NCBI GenBank assembly: GCA_951406725.2
Contig: OX597817.1
Coordinates: forward strand, 55,862,001-55,926,000
Origin: Octopus vulgaris
Taxonomy: Eukaryota
Length of the DNA stretch: 64,000 nucleotides
Direction: 5' to 3'
Positions 13,671 to 26,592 of the stretch are shown piece after piece (positions within the stretch are counted from its first letter, which is position 1; each line of letters opens with the position of its first letter). Both the position numbers and the translations under genes were made by a program. Below the pieces are notes generated by a model, which was not told the DNA's origin, did no database searches, and was given only the letters and a program-made list of their open reading frames with translations.

Positions 13671-14789
13671 AAATATGTTATAATTACTCAATAGTCAAGA
13701 TAAAACTCTGAGTTTCAGATGCCGAAGTGGAAATCCACAACACCATCTCTTCGGTTATCTAGCCCTACACCAACGGCAGCGGAAAGTGCGGTCTATGCGA
13801 CATGGAGAGATGGCTTATCTGGAAAAGCAGCTTAGACCCTACTATATGTCTAAACTCAAGGACAGAACCTTTCGGATCATGCCTATATGTGACAAAATTT
13901 TTGTTACGTTTTTGGTCCCCTAAAGAAAACAGATAAAACTTGCTTTCTATATTATGTCCCAAAATGTTTCTTATCTCATTATACCTTTTATTATTTCATA
14001 TATATTTTTATATTTTCACACATTAATTTTTTCTGTACTTTCCTATCCTGCATTTTTTCCTGTGCCTATATAGACGTGTATATAGATTCATTTGTACACG
14101 TGTGTGAATATGTATGAGTGGGCAGTTTTAGATATGTGCGTGTCTGCGGGCATAAGAATGCATATATATATAGTCGTTTTTACTTAGTTTTTTTTACATT
14201 TTTTTAGGTTTGTTTTTTTTGGGGGGGGGGGGCATATGTATATTCATTTTTTGTATATGCGTGTGTGTGTATGCGTATATAAACATGTGCGGGTATGTAC
14301 ATATATGCGTGTGTGTGTGTATGAGTGCATAAGGGCATGTCCGTATATGAACGTGGTTTTTATGCTTTGTATACTTCCTTATGTTTTTTAATGTTACCTT
14401 TAACCATGGTTTTTCTTGTGCTTGTGCGTATATAGACGTATGTATGAACTTTTACGGCACGCATGTTCGTGTGTATGAGTTTGTATATATATGCATATAT
14501 ATTTGGCGAAAAATGCGAGTGAAGATGTGTACGTTTTCATAGTGACGTATAAGTACGCACGTGGATCCGCGAGCGCACATGTAAGCGTATGACTAGCCAT
14601 GTTGTACGTGTTTACTATGAAATTTTAATCTTATTTTATATAATTATAACACAGTAATTTCCTTTTATGTAACGGTATTTTTTCATAGCGTTTTTTCTGA
14701 TAGCCAGATAACCGAAGAGATGGTGTTGTAGATTTCCACTTCGACATCTGAAACTCAGAGTTTTATCTTGACTATTGAGTAATTGTAAC

Positions 14790-14795
<6 letters not shown>
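13671..14795 (+). mobile_element. 5'-truncated Penelope-like element with inverted pseudo-LTR
   Basis: 90-bp inverted repeats at 13671-13760 and 14706-14795. 13763-13936 encodes PYTNGSGKCGLCDMERWLI...CLNSRTEPFGSCLYVTKFLL, similar to the PLE GIY-YIG C-terminus (PY..G...CxLC..EK..I...LNxRxE....CxHxxKFLL). Confidence 0.8.
14706..14768 (+). ncRNA. Type I hammerhead-ribozyme-like motif (U4C variant) in the pLTR; antisense twin at 13698-13760
   Basis: agataa-CCGAAGA-gatg...catc-t-GAAA-ctc-a-gag-TT-ttatct, with stem I agataa/ttatct and stem III ctc/gag. Confidence 0.55.
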
Positions 14796-14858
<63 letters not shown>

Positions 14859-14890
14859 GTATACATACAAATATATATATTATATATGTG

Positions 14891-14933
<43 letters not shown>

Positions 14934-15142
14934 CTATACACACACACGAGTAAGCACAAACATGCAAATCAAGGTGGACAAAAAAATAGTACTCGAATAC
15001 CGAAGGTAGAGTAATATACTTTTTCGTTAATGCCACAAAAACATCACAAAATGCTGTTACTCAGAATTTCACGTTGCTGTTTGTCTGACTGTTGTGATCA
15101 AGACTGTCACGTTCTAGCAGTTTTAATAAAAATATGTGTGTG

Positions 15143-15182
<40 letters not shown>

Positions 15183-15185
<3 letters not shown>

Positions 15186-15240
15186 TGCGAAACTGAGTAT
15201 TACCGATCGGTTGGTAACTGATGAAGAATTAGGGAGCTTC
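15183..15240 (+). ncRNA. Type II-topology hammerhead-like motif, copy 1 of a direct repeat
   Basis: tggtgc-GAAA-ct-g-ag-TA-ttaccga-tcgg-ttggtaa-CTGATGA-a-gaatta: canonical core, GUA triplet, 7-bp stem I hairpin, weak stem II. Confidence 0.55.
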
Positions 15241-15541
15241 TATGTCTGTCTCCGTCCAGTTGCACACTCAATATTCGTTATGTTGTTTGTTTATTTACCA
15301 CGTATTTTTTTTCAGTTATTAAGTAACGGAACGCAACACACAAAGAACTGCATTAACAATATATTTTTTATAATTCCGTGTGACTTTATCTTGCCGTCAC
15401 CCTTTCTCCCTTTCTTTCTCTCACCCTTTCACCTCTATTCTAGCTTTACCCCATTCTCCTTATCTTTTTCTCCCTCACCCTCTTGTATTCATAGCCTCTT
15501 CTTTTCTCTTTTCCCCTCTTCATCTCAACTATTATCTCAAC

Positions 15542-15612
<71 letters not shown>

Positions 15613-15968
15613 CCCTTTTTATCCTCTACCCGCTGCTGTCATATAACCCGTGGTCAACTTTCCTTGCTTTCTCGCCCTCTCACAACTCGTCCCGTAGCTC
15701 ACCAGTCACAAATTCTCTGTCTCACTGCTTTCTATCCTTTAGGATGTCTTCTAAGAGTTACCCACTATTCTTAGCTTTTTGGCCCTAAGGTTGTAATATG
15801 TTCGTTTCCTATTTTTTCCATCTTTGTCCATCGTCCAAAATCACATTTTGTTTTTCACTTTCGTGTGTCCGCTCTATATTGTTTTGTTTTCTCTTGCTCT
15901 CGGCCCTATATTCTCTGCAAATTTTTGCAGGCACTGCCAATATAGCAAGTTCTCAGTCTTATCATTAA

Positions 15969-16026
15969 TGGTGCGGAACTGAGTATTACCAATTCGTTCA
16001 TAACTAATGAAGAATTAGGGTTCTTC
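15969..16026 (+). repeat. Degenerate copy 2 of the hammerhead-containing direct repeat
   Basis: tggtgcggaactgagtattaccaattcgttcataactaatgaagaattagggttcttc, located 786 bp from copy 1. Confidence 0.75.
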
Positions 16027-16561
16027 TGTGATGCATTTATATACATTTAAAGTGAGCTCGAATCTTGCTTACTTGCTTGCAATGTTACCCAGCCAAACTG
16101 GCGCGTAATGGAAAAGTACTATGAATTGAGTTGCCCCTGAAATGCGAATACGAGCAGAATATAACAAATTTCGTATAAATCAGACAAGTCTTTGTTAAGA
16201 TATTAGGGATTTTCGGGATATAAATACCCAAAACGTAGCAGAACGGGAAAATATTCCGAAAATAATTTAACCCTGACAGAAAAGAAACTCTTACCTTTCG
16301 GTTAGACGCAGTGACCTGGCAACGAAAAATACGATTTGTATTTTAGCTTTCTTTAAACAGAAAATATTTTAGTTTTTTTTAAATTATTTTCAAGTGAATA
16401 CCATTACGAAAGTCTTTTATGTCTATTTCAAAATATTTTAAAGTGAAAATGACTTCAAAAATACGGTAAATATTTCGTAAAACACCGGTTCGTAACCTAG
16501 GTGTGAAATCATTTTTCCCATAGTTCTTTTCGAGTGCGTTCAACGTATCTAATCTCCAAAG

Positions 16562-16672
16562 ATTTGGCTGCTATTTCTAGTAAGCCCTGCTACGGCGTAA
16601 CATCTATTCGCAATGAAGAATCCGAAATACCTGTTACGTGGTAGCAGAACGTGCAAGAAATAGCAGCCAAAT
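16562..16672. mobile_element. Hairpin MITE with about 41-bp imperfect arms
   Basis: atttggctgctatttct pairs with agaaatagcagccaaat; inner ctgctac..gtaaca pairs with tgttac..gtagcag. Confidence 0.7.
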
Positions 16673-16834
16673 GTTTCCTTTTCTGGGGAAAGGAGCCTTC
16701 TATGCGTGATTTCGATGATAGATTCGTTGAAAGCATGCGAAGTGACCTAGAAAACTGGGAAACTCAGACTTTCCCAGTGTCCCAACGAATCATAGGTAGT
16801 CAAGTATACATGTGTGTGTGTGCGTGTGTGTGTT

Positions 16835-16985
16835 TGTCCACCTTTTACGTCCTCGTAACTTAGCATCCACACAAAAGACACCGATAGAATAAGTACTGGG
16901 CGTACAAAGAATAAATCTTAGAGTCGGTTTGTTTGGTGGTGCTCAAGTCAAATGACTCAAACAAGTAAAAGAATATAAGAATAAA
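16835..16985 (+). mobile_element. SINE family B, 3' half
   Basis: gacaccgatagaataagtact...gtcaaatgact.aaacaagtaaaaga. Confidence 0.75.
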
Positions 16986-17075
16986 AAAGTATACATATTT
17001 CGAAAACGAATGAAAGTGCTGATAATAATGAATAGATAAAATGTTTTCCAAAATTCTGGCGACCTCCTTTTTTCT

Positions 17076-17120
<45 letters not shown>

Positions 17121-17127
17121 GATCCAC

Positions 17128-18087
17128 GCTCTGGGATCCACGCCCACAAAGAAGCAGTTAATAGAATGTGTGAGCATTTGAGATATCCAACAGCCGCAAT
17201 CGAATGCATGCATACGCAGACACACAAGTATGGTGTGTTTGTGTGTATACATGTTACTAAACACACACACATGCACACACATACACACACACTAACTCAC
17301 AGAACACACATATATATGTGTACATTTATATGTGACAATATATATATACATATGTAAACAAAACTGGAACAGTCAGCTTGTGGAATTAACGTGCAATTGA
17401 AATTAACGTGAGCACGCCACACACATGCGTAAACTTAACGTAGTTCCGTGGGAGATTCAACGTGAGGCAGAATGTGACTCCCCTGTCCCTCTGAAATACA
17501 AATAATTGACATTTTTGTCAGTTGAGAGGACTGGAGCAACGTGAAATAAGGTGTCTTGCTCAAGGTCACAACGCGTCGCCGGGAATTGAACTCACGACCT
17601 TACGACCGTAAGGTCGTGAGTTCAATTCCCGGCGACGCGTTGTGACCTTGAGCAAGACACCTTATTTCACGTTGCTCCAGTCCTCTCAACTGACAAAAAT
17701 GTCAATTATTTGTATTTCAGAGGGACAGGGGTGTCAGATTCTGCATCACGTTGAATCTCCCACGGAACTACGTTAAGTTTACGCATGTGTGGCGTGCTCA
17801 CGTTAATTTCAATTGCACGTTAATTTCACAAGCTGACTGTTCCAGTTTTGTTTACATATGTATATATATATATATATTGTCACATATAAATGTACACATA
17901 TATATGTGTGTTCTGTGAGTTAGTGTGTGTGTATGTGTGTGCATGTGTGTGTGTTTAGTAACATGTATACACACAAACACACCATACTTGTGTGTCTGCG
18001 TATGCATGCATTCGATTGCGGCTGTTGGATATCTCAAATGCTCACACATTCTATTAACTGCTTCTTTGTGGGCGTGGATCCCAGAGC
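17128..18087. repeat. Long fold-back inverted duplication (about 480-bp arms, 2-nt spacer) containing mirrored family D SINE copies
   Basis: Centre ctcacgaccttacg-ac-cgtaaggtcgtgag at 17605-17606; ends gctctgggatccacgccc and gggcgtggatcccagagc; the ORF track shows the same peptide on both strands. Confidence 0.97.
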
Positions 18088-19016
18088 AGTTCAAGGTTTC
18101 CCGCCCAGAAACCAGAAACCTGCCATTTGAAGGGAGTGAAGTGTCCAATAAATACAATAAAATCGCTACCCTTTTTAAATGTATTGAGTACACACTATAT
18201 CTGCGATAGTTGTAACACTATTTCCCTTCTCGTATCAGTGAGCGTGTGTTTGTGAGCAACAAATGTTCAGAAAAACCAATATACATACATGCATATAAGC
18301 ATATATATATATATATACATATATATAATTATACATATATATACATATATATACATATATATATATACATATATTTATATATATATATATATATGTATGT
18401 ATATATGTGTGTATGTATATATGTATATGTATGTATGTATATACGTGCATCTATATTCACATATGTATGCATATACAATCGTGCTAGTTTCTCATTGGTT
18501 TAGGTATCAGCCAATAGTGAAAAATATTGATTATTGGTTCGTTAATCATGCCATAGCTGTAGCATAACATACTTCTCTATGGGAAAGAAGATATAGAATC
18601 ATGTGATACTGATTCTGGATGAGATAATCGCAGCCAGTATGCTCTAATGACTGAACGATATGCCACGAGGTATATACGTCCTTATCGAATTGATAACCAA
18701 AACTACTACCATCTACGTTCTACATTGCTACTGACGTACAACAGCCTCTGGTATAGAACTTGATTTCGGTTTTTATGGAGAGAATCGTACACTCACTCAT
18801 ACGCGCAGACACACACACACACACCCATACGAACACACGAAAACATATGTATACATATGTATGGTAATTAAATACATATGCACAATACATACACGCATAC
18901 ATATATATGTATATATGTATATATGTAAGTATATGTATATACATATAAGTATGTATGTGTGCATTCATGTACACATATATCTTTATATGTGTGCATACAT
19001 ATAGACACACACATAC

Positions 19017-19065
<49 letters not shown>

Positions 19066-19074
19066 CGCATGCAA

Positions 19075-19105
<31 letters not shown>

Positions 19106-19188
19106 CATGCATATATGCAGATATGTACACAGGTATATATATATATGCATATATATATATATATGCATATAAATATATATATATATGC

Positions 19189-19260
<72 letters not shown>

Positions 19261-19644
19261 GTACGTATTTAGTGAGATACATAGATTTATTCATTCGTAT
19301 GTTCTAGCATACATACATAACACAAACACACGCGCGCATGCACGCTGATCCTTTGAAACAAATTACAGAAATTTACAAATATATATATATATGTACATAT
19401 AATGTGTGTGCGTTTGTATGTGTGTATGTGTGTGCGTGTGTGTCTGTTTGTACACGCATGCTTGTTTGTGTTTGTGAGCAGTAGAGAAAAATATGTACGG
19501 ATGGGGATATTTGACAGACGGAGAGATATATAAAATGATTGTTATACACAACACACACATACTCATACACACGCACACACACACACACACACACAGATAA
19601 ACACATATAAACAGAGGTTGATAGATAGATAGATAGATAGATAT

Positions 19645-19696
<52 letters not shown>

Positions 19697-19701
19697 GTAG
19701 G

Positions 19702-19778
<77 letters not shown>

Positions 19779-20039
19779 GTGAAGGGATAGAGACAGACAG
19801 ACATTAGGTGTTCGATATATTTCTCTTTGTTTTGTCGAGTTATTTTATCGCTATGGTACCTTCTTTGTTTGGAAAACATTGCGGAAAGTAGTAATTTTCA
19901 GTTATATAAACAATTTTAATGGAAAGTTTGTGAAATAAAGCTTTTAACATAAACATACACACTGTAGGATTTTTATAATTTACATAAATTATGTAAACAA
20001 GACTTTTAGAACACACTTTAAGTATAAGTATATATAGAT

Positions 20040-20235
20040 AGAATTTACAAAAAACAAACAAACAAAAGATGAAGACGTGTGTGTAAACAACAAATAGATG
20101 TATTAGTTTAACGCCCGGGAAATGAGAAAGTGTTTTACATTTCGAGCGTACGCTCTTCGACAGAAAGGAACACAGAAATAAACAGGGATAGAAAATAAAA
20201 AAAAGGCTTAGTGGCTAGCGATCTATCATGGCGAT
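20040..20235 (-). mobile_element. PLE-type pLTR repeat carrying a hammerhead-like motif (20131-20170)
   Basis: Reverse complement ttccttt-CTGTCGA-a-gagc-gtac-gctc-GAAA-tg-TA-aaac; homologous to 33505-33640 and 59915-60030. Confidence 0.65.
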
Positions 20236-20626
20236 AGATACATATACAAGCAAATATATGTATGCATGTATATGTGTGTGTGTGTATGTGTGTGTTTTGG
20301 GTGGGTGTGTCTGTGTCTCTATATATTTATATGTATATATATGTATATATACATATATATATACATGTGTGTAGATATATATGAATTTATATATACAAGT
20401 GTATAGATATATATACATGTACATAGATATATATGAATTTCTATGTGTGTGCGTAATTTTGTTGTTTTTATTTATTATCATATGTAAAAACAGTCACACA
20501 TTATTTGAAAGACTACTAATTACTGGGTAATACTTTTTAAAAGAAAATATTGTAAGTCCGAAGTATCTGCCTTGCAGACTACGTTAAATAAGGGTTAATA
20601 TATTTTTATGTGCATCTGTTTGAGTG

Positions 20627-20678
<52 letters not shown>

Positions 20679-21595
20679 AGCGGCACATGAAAGGGGATCC
20701 GGGAATCTTGCCGCTAACCTCAGTCAACACTCTTGTGAATACCCGACTCCCGGGCAGAATATATAGAAAGGAACGATGCTTCAAATCATGAATCATTGTG
20801 TTTCACACAAACTGAAAATCATGAATCATTGTGTTTCGCACAAACTGAAAATTTGGAAGCTTTCTTCACCCGTTTGGCATAAAACAAAAACCAGCAAGCC
20901 AAAAAATAAAGGCACTGGTATCAGAGTTATTCTTTGGATACAACTGTTTCAATATCACACGCTTAAAATGAATTATTTAACAAGTTTGAAAACATGAATG
21001 CTGGCAATTATGATGTAACATTGATTAAATAATATTGATTAAACGACGCAAACCCCATAGTAATGTAATCATAACCGAATGACTAAATTAATACGAGAGT
21101 AAAACTTGGATGAATTCCCCAATAGTAAAAGATGATTTGTTGGAAACTGGGCATATAGTTACCGGATAATTTTCGCTAAAATTGCAAATAAATAGATAAA
21201 ATAGACAGTTTTCGTATATGAATTGACAAGATCATTTATAGAGGCTGGATTATTAATTAGTCTGTATGTTCAGACAGTTGTCAGGTCGGCAAGGTAAAAC
21301 ATTATTCAAAATACGTATGGAAGTAGAGATCGTCATAAATCTAGTTGGAATGACATCTCAAGAGTAGCTTCAAAGGAAGCTTTAATGATCAGGGAGAGAA
21401 TAAAGAGATAAGGGCAATAGGAAAGCAAAATAAACAGAAAGGGCAGAGACGAATTGAATGGAGGGGGACGAATTGAAAGGAAGGGGGTGAATATGCAGTC
21501 CTGTATGAAAGAAAGTGCTAAATGTCTACAACACACTGGAAGAGGCCGAGAGACAAGTATAACAGAGAATGGCATTTATCATAATTATAATAATC

Positions 21596-21955
21596 CCTTC
21601 TACTAAAGGCACAGGCCTGAAATTTTGGGGGAGGGGACTAGTCAATCACATCAGCCTCAGTGTTTCGCTGGTACTTAATTTATCAACCCCGAAAGGGGGT
21701 AAAGGTAAAGTTGGCCTCGGCGATAACAATAATAATGGTTTCATATTTTGGTATAATGTCAATAAACTTTTGGGAGGGGGTAATCCGATTATATTGACCC
21801 CCAGTGTTCAAGTGATACGTTATTTTATCGACCCTCTTAAAGGATAACGGGCAAAACCGACGTTGGTTGAATTCGAACTCAGAACGTCAAGATGGACGAA
21901 ATGTGGCAAAGCATTTTGCCAGGTGATCTTACAACTCTGCCACCTCGCTGCCTTA
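21596..21955 (-). mobile_element. Two adjacent diverged SINE family A copies
   Basis: The ggtacttaatttatc.accccgaaag core occurs twice; head at 21900-21955. Confidence 0.7.
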
Positions 21956-22459
21956 AAAATTAAACCTACATCAAGCAATGAAATATTATTATAATTCTTC
22001 ATAATTAAAGATTAATGACTAAAAAGATTAATGGCAGAATCTTATAATAAGAGGAATAAGTAGTAAATACATGCATGAATCTATATACACAGCAAAAATA
22101 TATATATACAGCATAAATATACATACAGAGTATAAATATATATATATATACAGAGCATATATATGCTGACACACGTATAACTCCCCCTCCTACCGTCTGT
22201 ATCATTACATAGGTGAATTCATCCACATTGTTTTCGTATTAATTAATTCATGAGATTTTAATGAAATATCTATGTCTTTTACATTTTATTATCAACATTG
22301 TATAAAAAAATGTTATATAATCATTGTTAATATTCAGGTCTTCTAACTTGTCGAATGATTTATTTAACACATATTCGTTGCTGTTTTGTGAGTCTGAATT
22401 GCTTAATCTGCACAGAAAATATTCATGTGAAGCTTATGCAATCTCCGATTCAGCAAGTT

Positions 22460-22695
22460 CTTGTTTTATTGGTTTCGGCAAAGGGTAAGGTCATCCTGGG
22501 GCATCAACTTTCAGTGTGATCTGATTTCTTTTCTATATTTGGGGAAGCAGCGAATTAGAGGGAGCTGCTCTCTTTAGCGCCTCTTGCATCGATGTAGGTT
22601 CATCTCTCAGACACAAAAATATTCCAGATGTTCTTTGAAAACCCTTGAATCTACACTTCGCAAATCTCTGAGGTTGTCTGAGAGAATGTCGAACA
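22460..22695 (-). mobile_element. Old CR1-group LINE 3' end
   Basis: Reverse complement translates FDILSDNLRDLRSVDSRVFKEHLEYF..DEPTSMQEALKRAAPSNSLL, homologous to FNILPKCLRDLHGVDVGFFKTKLDLFL..DEPTSRQE at 60203-60493; tail tgatgccccaggatgacc. Confidence 0.75.
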
Positions 22696-24165
22696 GTTGG
22701 TAAGCAGGCTACTTATCACACAGCCACCCCTTCGCCTGTAATTTCATAATTCTAGTAAAAATAAAATACTAATCTACTAATCAATACTTTGTTGACTATA
22801 TCGATTTGTGAATACAGGGAACGAGAGGAAAGCCTAAAATATAACAAATCTATTTGTGAAATGCAGCCATCGAAGACGCAAAAGCAGGACAGGCCAGTGT
22901 GGGTTACATATGTGGTCACCCATGTTGCTGGAAATTACGGTCAAATTGTCATTACATCATACACTTTATTCCCGCCAATGAAGGCCATTCTAATGCTAGT
23001 GGCATGTTAAAATACATCCATTGATGTGTTGTATAGTTGTTATTGATATGAAGTTCCTCACATCGAGTGGTAGAAACTGAGCCAAGATTAGTCGAACATA
23101 TGAATGAGTCATGACCTCCATCATCTGCATTGCAGGAGACTCAGCTTTGAAGGAGATCTAATACACGAATTAGAACAGCTTCTTCGTTCTAGCTGCAGAC
23201 AACCTCTCTTGCACCCGTGGCACGATAAACGGTTCTAATCAATGATGTAAGACACACTGGATGGAGTTGTTGTAAGGCACGTGGATTGGAGTCAGCTAAA
23301 TGTGAGTACAATTGTTTGTGCGTGCGTGTGTGTGCGTGGTTCATGGCAAGATGAAGCGGGATCCAACCAACACGGCAAAAAAATGTAAGACAATAACGAA
23401 ACTAGCTCACACTCACTTTGTGTCTCTCTCTCCCTCTCCCCCCTCTCTCTCTCTCACACAGACACACATGCAAACACACACTCGCAAGATGGTTCAGTAC
23501 AGTTTCCATCTGATATGCTATTGGTTCTCCTAAAGCTATTGTGGAAGACCCTTCTACAAGGTGTTTCATGGCATACATCACTGTAAAAGTTGGTCAACCA
23601 ATGCTTTACAACAAATAAAAAGAAGTAAACATTGGATAATGTAGTGTTAGTAATATCAATTCTCGAGGTAAAAGGCCATGATGGGCATAGTTGGAACGTC
23701 TTCGATTATAAGCCATTGAGTGCAGTAGCTATTCTGGGATTGAATAAAAACAAGATCATAAGTCAATCAATATACAACCCAACACGTTTGATAATTAAAT
23801 GAAAGACGAAATAACATAATATTCACTTGAGAGTGGGAACTACACAATGTATTGTATTCATGTTATCTGTAAATAGAAAGCAAACATTTTCTTGGCCCAA
23901 GAACCAATGACGCTGCATTACATGTGAAACGATGTGTGTTGCGACACGTTTGGCTGTTGAATGAAGAATAAAGGATAAAATATATTTTAAATATATTTAC
24001 ATTTGTGAGTATATAAGATGATGAGTAGGTATACTGACTACATGGCAAATCTATAGATGCAAACTTAGAACTTGCTCTGTCAATATTTTCTGAAATATTT
24101 CTTCTCTCAAGTAGCCCTAATCTGTTATTTTCTTTTACAATCCAAAATTAATCATACTCAAACAG

Positions 24166-24315
<150 letters not shown>

Positions 24316-24445
24316 CATATATATACATATACATATATATATACATATATATATATATACATATATATACAGATATATATACATATATATATACATATAT
24401 ATACAGATATATATACATATATATATATACATATATATACATATA

Positions 24446-24494
<49 letters not shown>

Positions 24495-25517
24495 GTTTAT
24501 ATATATGTGTGTGTGTGATCATTTTGAATTACGTCAAGCTATATATTTATATTTTTGTTTTGTTTTTGTTTTGCTTGCTTCTTTACTTTATTAGATTAAT
24601 AATTTCATGAGTTATTCTCGTCGCAAAAATTGTCTCAATTATATCTTCTTTTATTAAACGATATTCAACTTTTATAAGTCTTCTTGCTTAACCTTCACTA
24701 ATATATATATTTGTTTATCTTTCCCCATGCATTTCATTTTGTATCAATATTTTTCCTGACATTTCTGTTTTTGTTGTTTCGTTTTTGTTTCATTGTTTTT
24801 CTCAATCATTTTTATTGATTCTGATTCTGTCATCAATTACTAAAGCAATTTTTCGTTTTCTCTTTGCTTTTTTTTTTTTGCTTTTTTCTTTTTTTTTTCT
24901 CTTCCCAATGTTTCGAAGATCGCGTTGTTTCTAATTTCGTGTCTCTTATTCTATTTCTTTGTTCATAATAATATTTTTTTCTCCCGTTATTTTAGGTTCC
25001 TTATTACTTTGTTGTATTTTCATAAATTCTTCTTCTTTAGGTGCCGTTTTATTTTATTTCATTAGTTACAACGCAGACATTTTTTTTTTTCCTATTTTCG
25101 CTATTTTCGTGTTTTCACTACCAATTTCTTCGTTTATTACAGGAATTTCTGTACAAATTAAGTGATTTATACCAGTTTCCTTTTACATGTTAAAGTTACA
25201 GTTACATTTAGTGTATCCTTATCTTGTCTTCTTTCACATTTAATATTTTATATTTTGATATCCTGTCTGTGTGAAAACACATCATGAATTTCTATTCAAA
25301 TAAAATCAAAACCAGAAATGTTATTCTTCTTCGGCCAAATTTAGTTCGTTTTATTCATATTCCAAAACAAATTTATGGTGAGTTATGTAATTTTTCTTCT
25401 GAAGTTCATTGTATTTTTGTAAAAATTCATTTATTCAAGATTTATTTGAATGTGTGTGTACATTGATTATAGCAAAATTACACGATATACATACACGCAT
25501 ATGAATGTGTGTGTATG

Positions 25518-25573
<56 letters not shown>

Positions 25574-25719
25574 ATCACGAGTATATACATATGCAAATAC
25601 ACACACACACACACACACATATATATATGTATGTATATGCATTGTATATGTTTATACATACACACGTATATAAATGCGAACATATTTGTGCGTATGTTCA
25701 TTTGTATAGACAGACAGAC

Positions 25720-25757
<38 letters not shown>

Positions 25758-25807
25758 TTAGATAGATAGATAGGTAGATAGATAGATAGATAGATAGATA
25801 GACAGAC

Positions 25808-25964
<157 letters not shown>

Positions 25965-26551
25965 TACTGACATGTATGTATGATATGTTATTGACTCAGT
26001 CACATTCTGCAGGGATGTATTAAGTGACAGCTACTTATTGTATTTCCAGTCCATTACTAAGTAGTCTCATATTTATTTTGTTATAAACTTGTGATAGAAT
26101 TCAACGACAGTATTCTCTTATTCCTCCTCCAACTCTTTCTTTTTCTTCCTCTTCCCCCTACTCTCTGTGAAATTATATTGCTTATGCTCGTCTTAATATT
26201 TTCTTCATAGCCATGCTATGCATCTTAGTGCTGTATTGTCCGATACATCGTGTAAAGGAAGTTGTCTCTAAATCTGAACACACTGAACGCGAATACTCTG
26301 CCTTCGTCGCAGGTTATGATGCAGATTATGACGCTTACCGTCATTATATACTTATGGTGTTGTATAACCGAATAACGAAATCATATTGCTTTTGGCTTCA
26401 TCGAAATATGAAAAAAAAACTTATAACCAATTCAAATATATTTGAGAGACTCAATTTATCGCTGCAATTTATCGTAGAGAAAAATATTCTCGCCTACGAA
26501 AAAAAAGTGTTAAAATATCATCGGCAGCTCAGAATGTCCTCTGTCGGTATC

Positions 26552-26592
26552 TGATGCTGAAGAAGACTAACAATTTCAAAATGCATCCATCA
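26552..26592 (+). ncRNA. Decayed minimal type I hammerhead motif
   Basis: tgatg-CTGAAGA-a-gac-taacaat-ttc-AAAA-tgca-TC-catca: perfect 5-bp stem I and palindromic stem III, but GAAA has decayed to AAAA. Confidence 0.5.

Noticed and set aside
20783-20852. 33-bp tandem duplication (aaatcatgaatcattgtgtttc.cacaaactg)
   Set aside because: Two adjacent units with no spacer; a simple local duplication, not CRISPR-like.
21100-23300. Faint LINE-like words (IRLINNP near 21250; NLGSVS near 23080)
   Set aside because: Too degenerate to support a call by eye.
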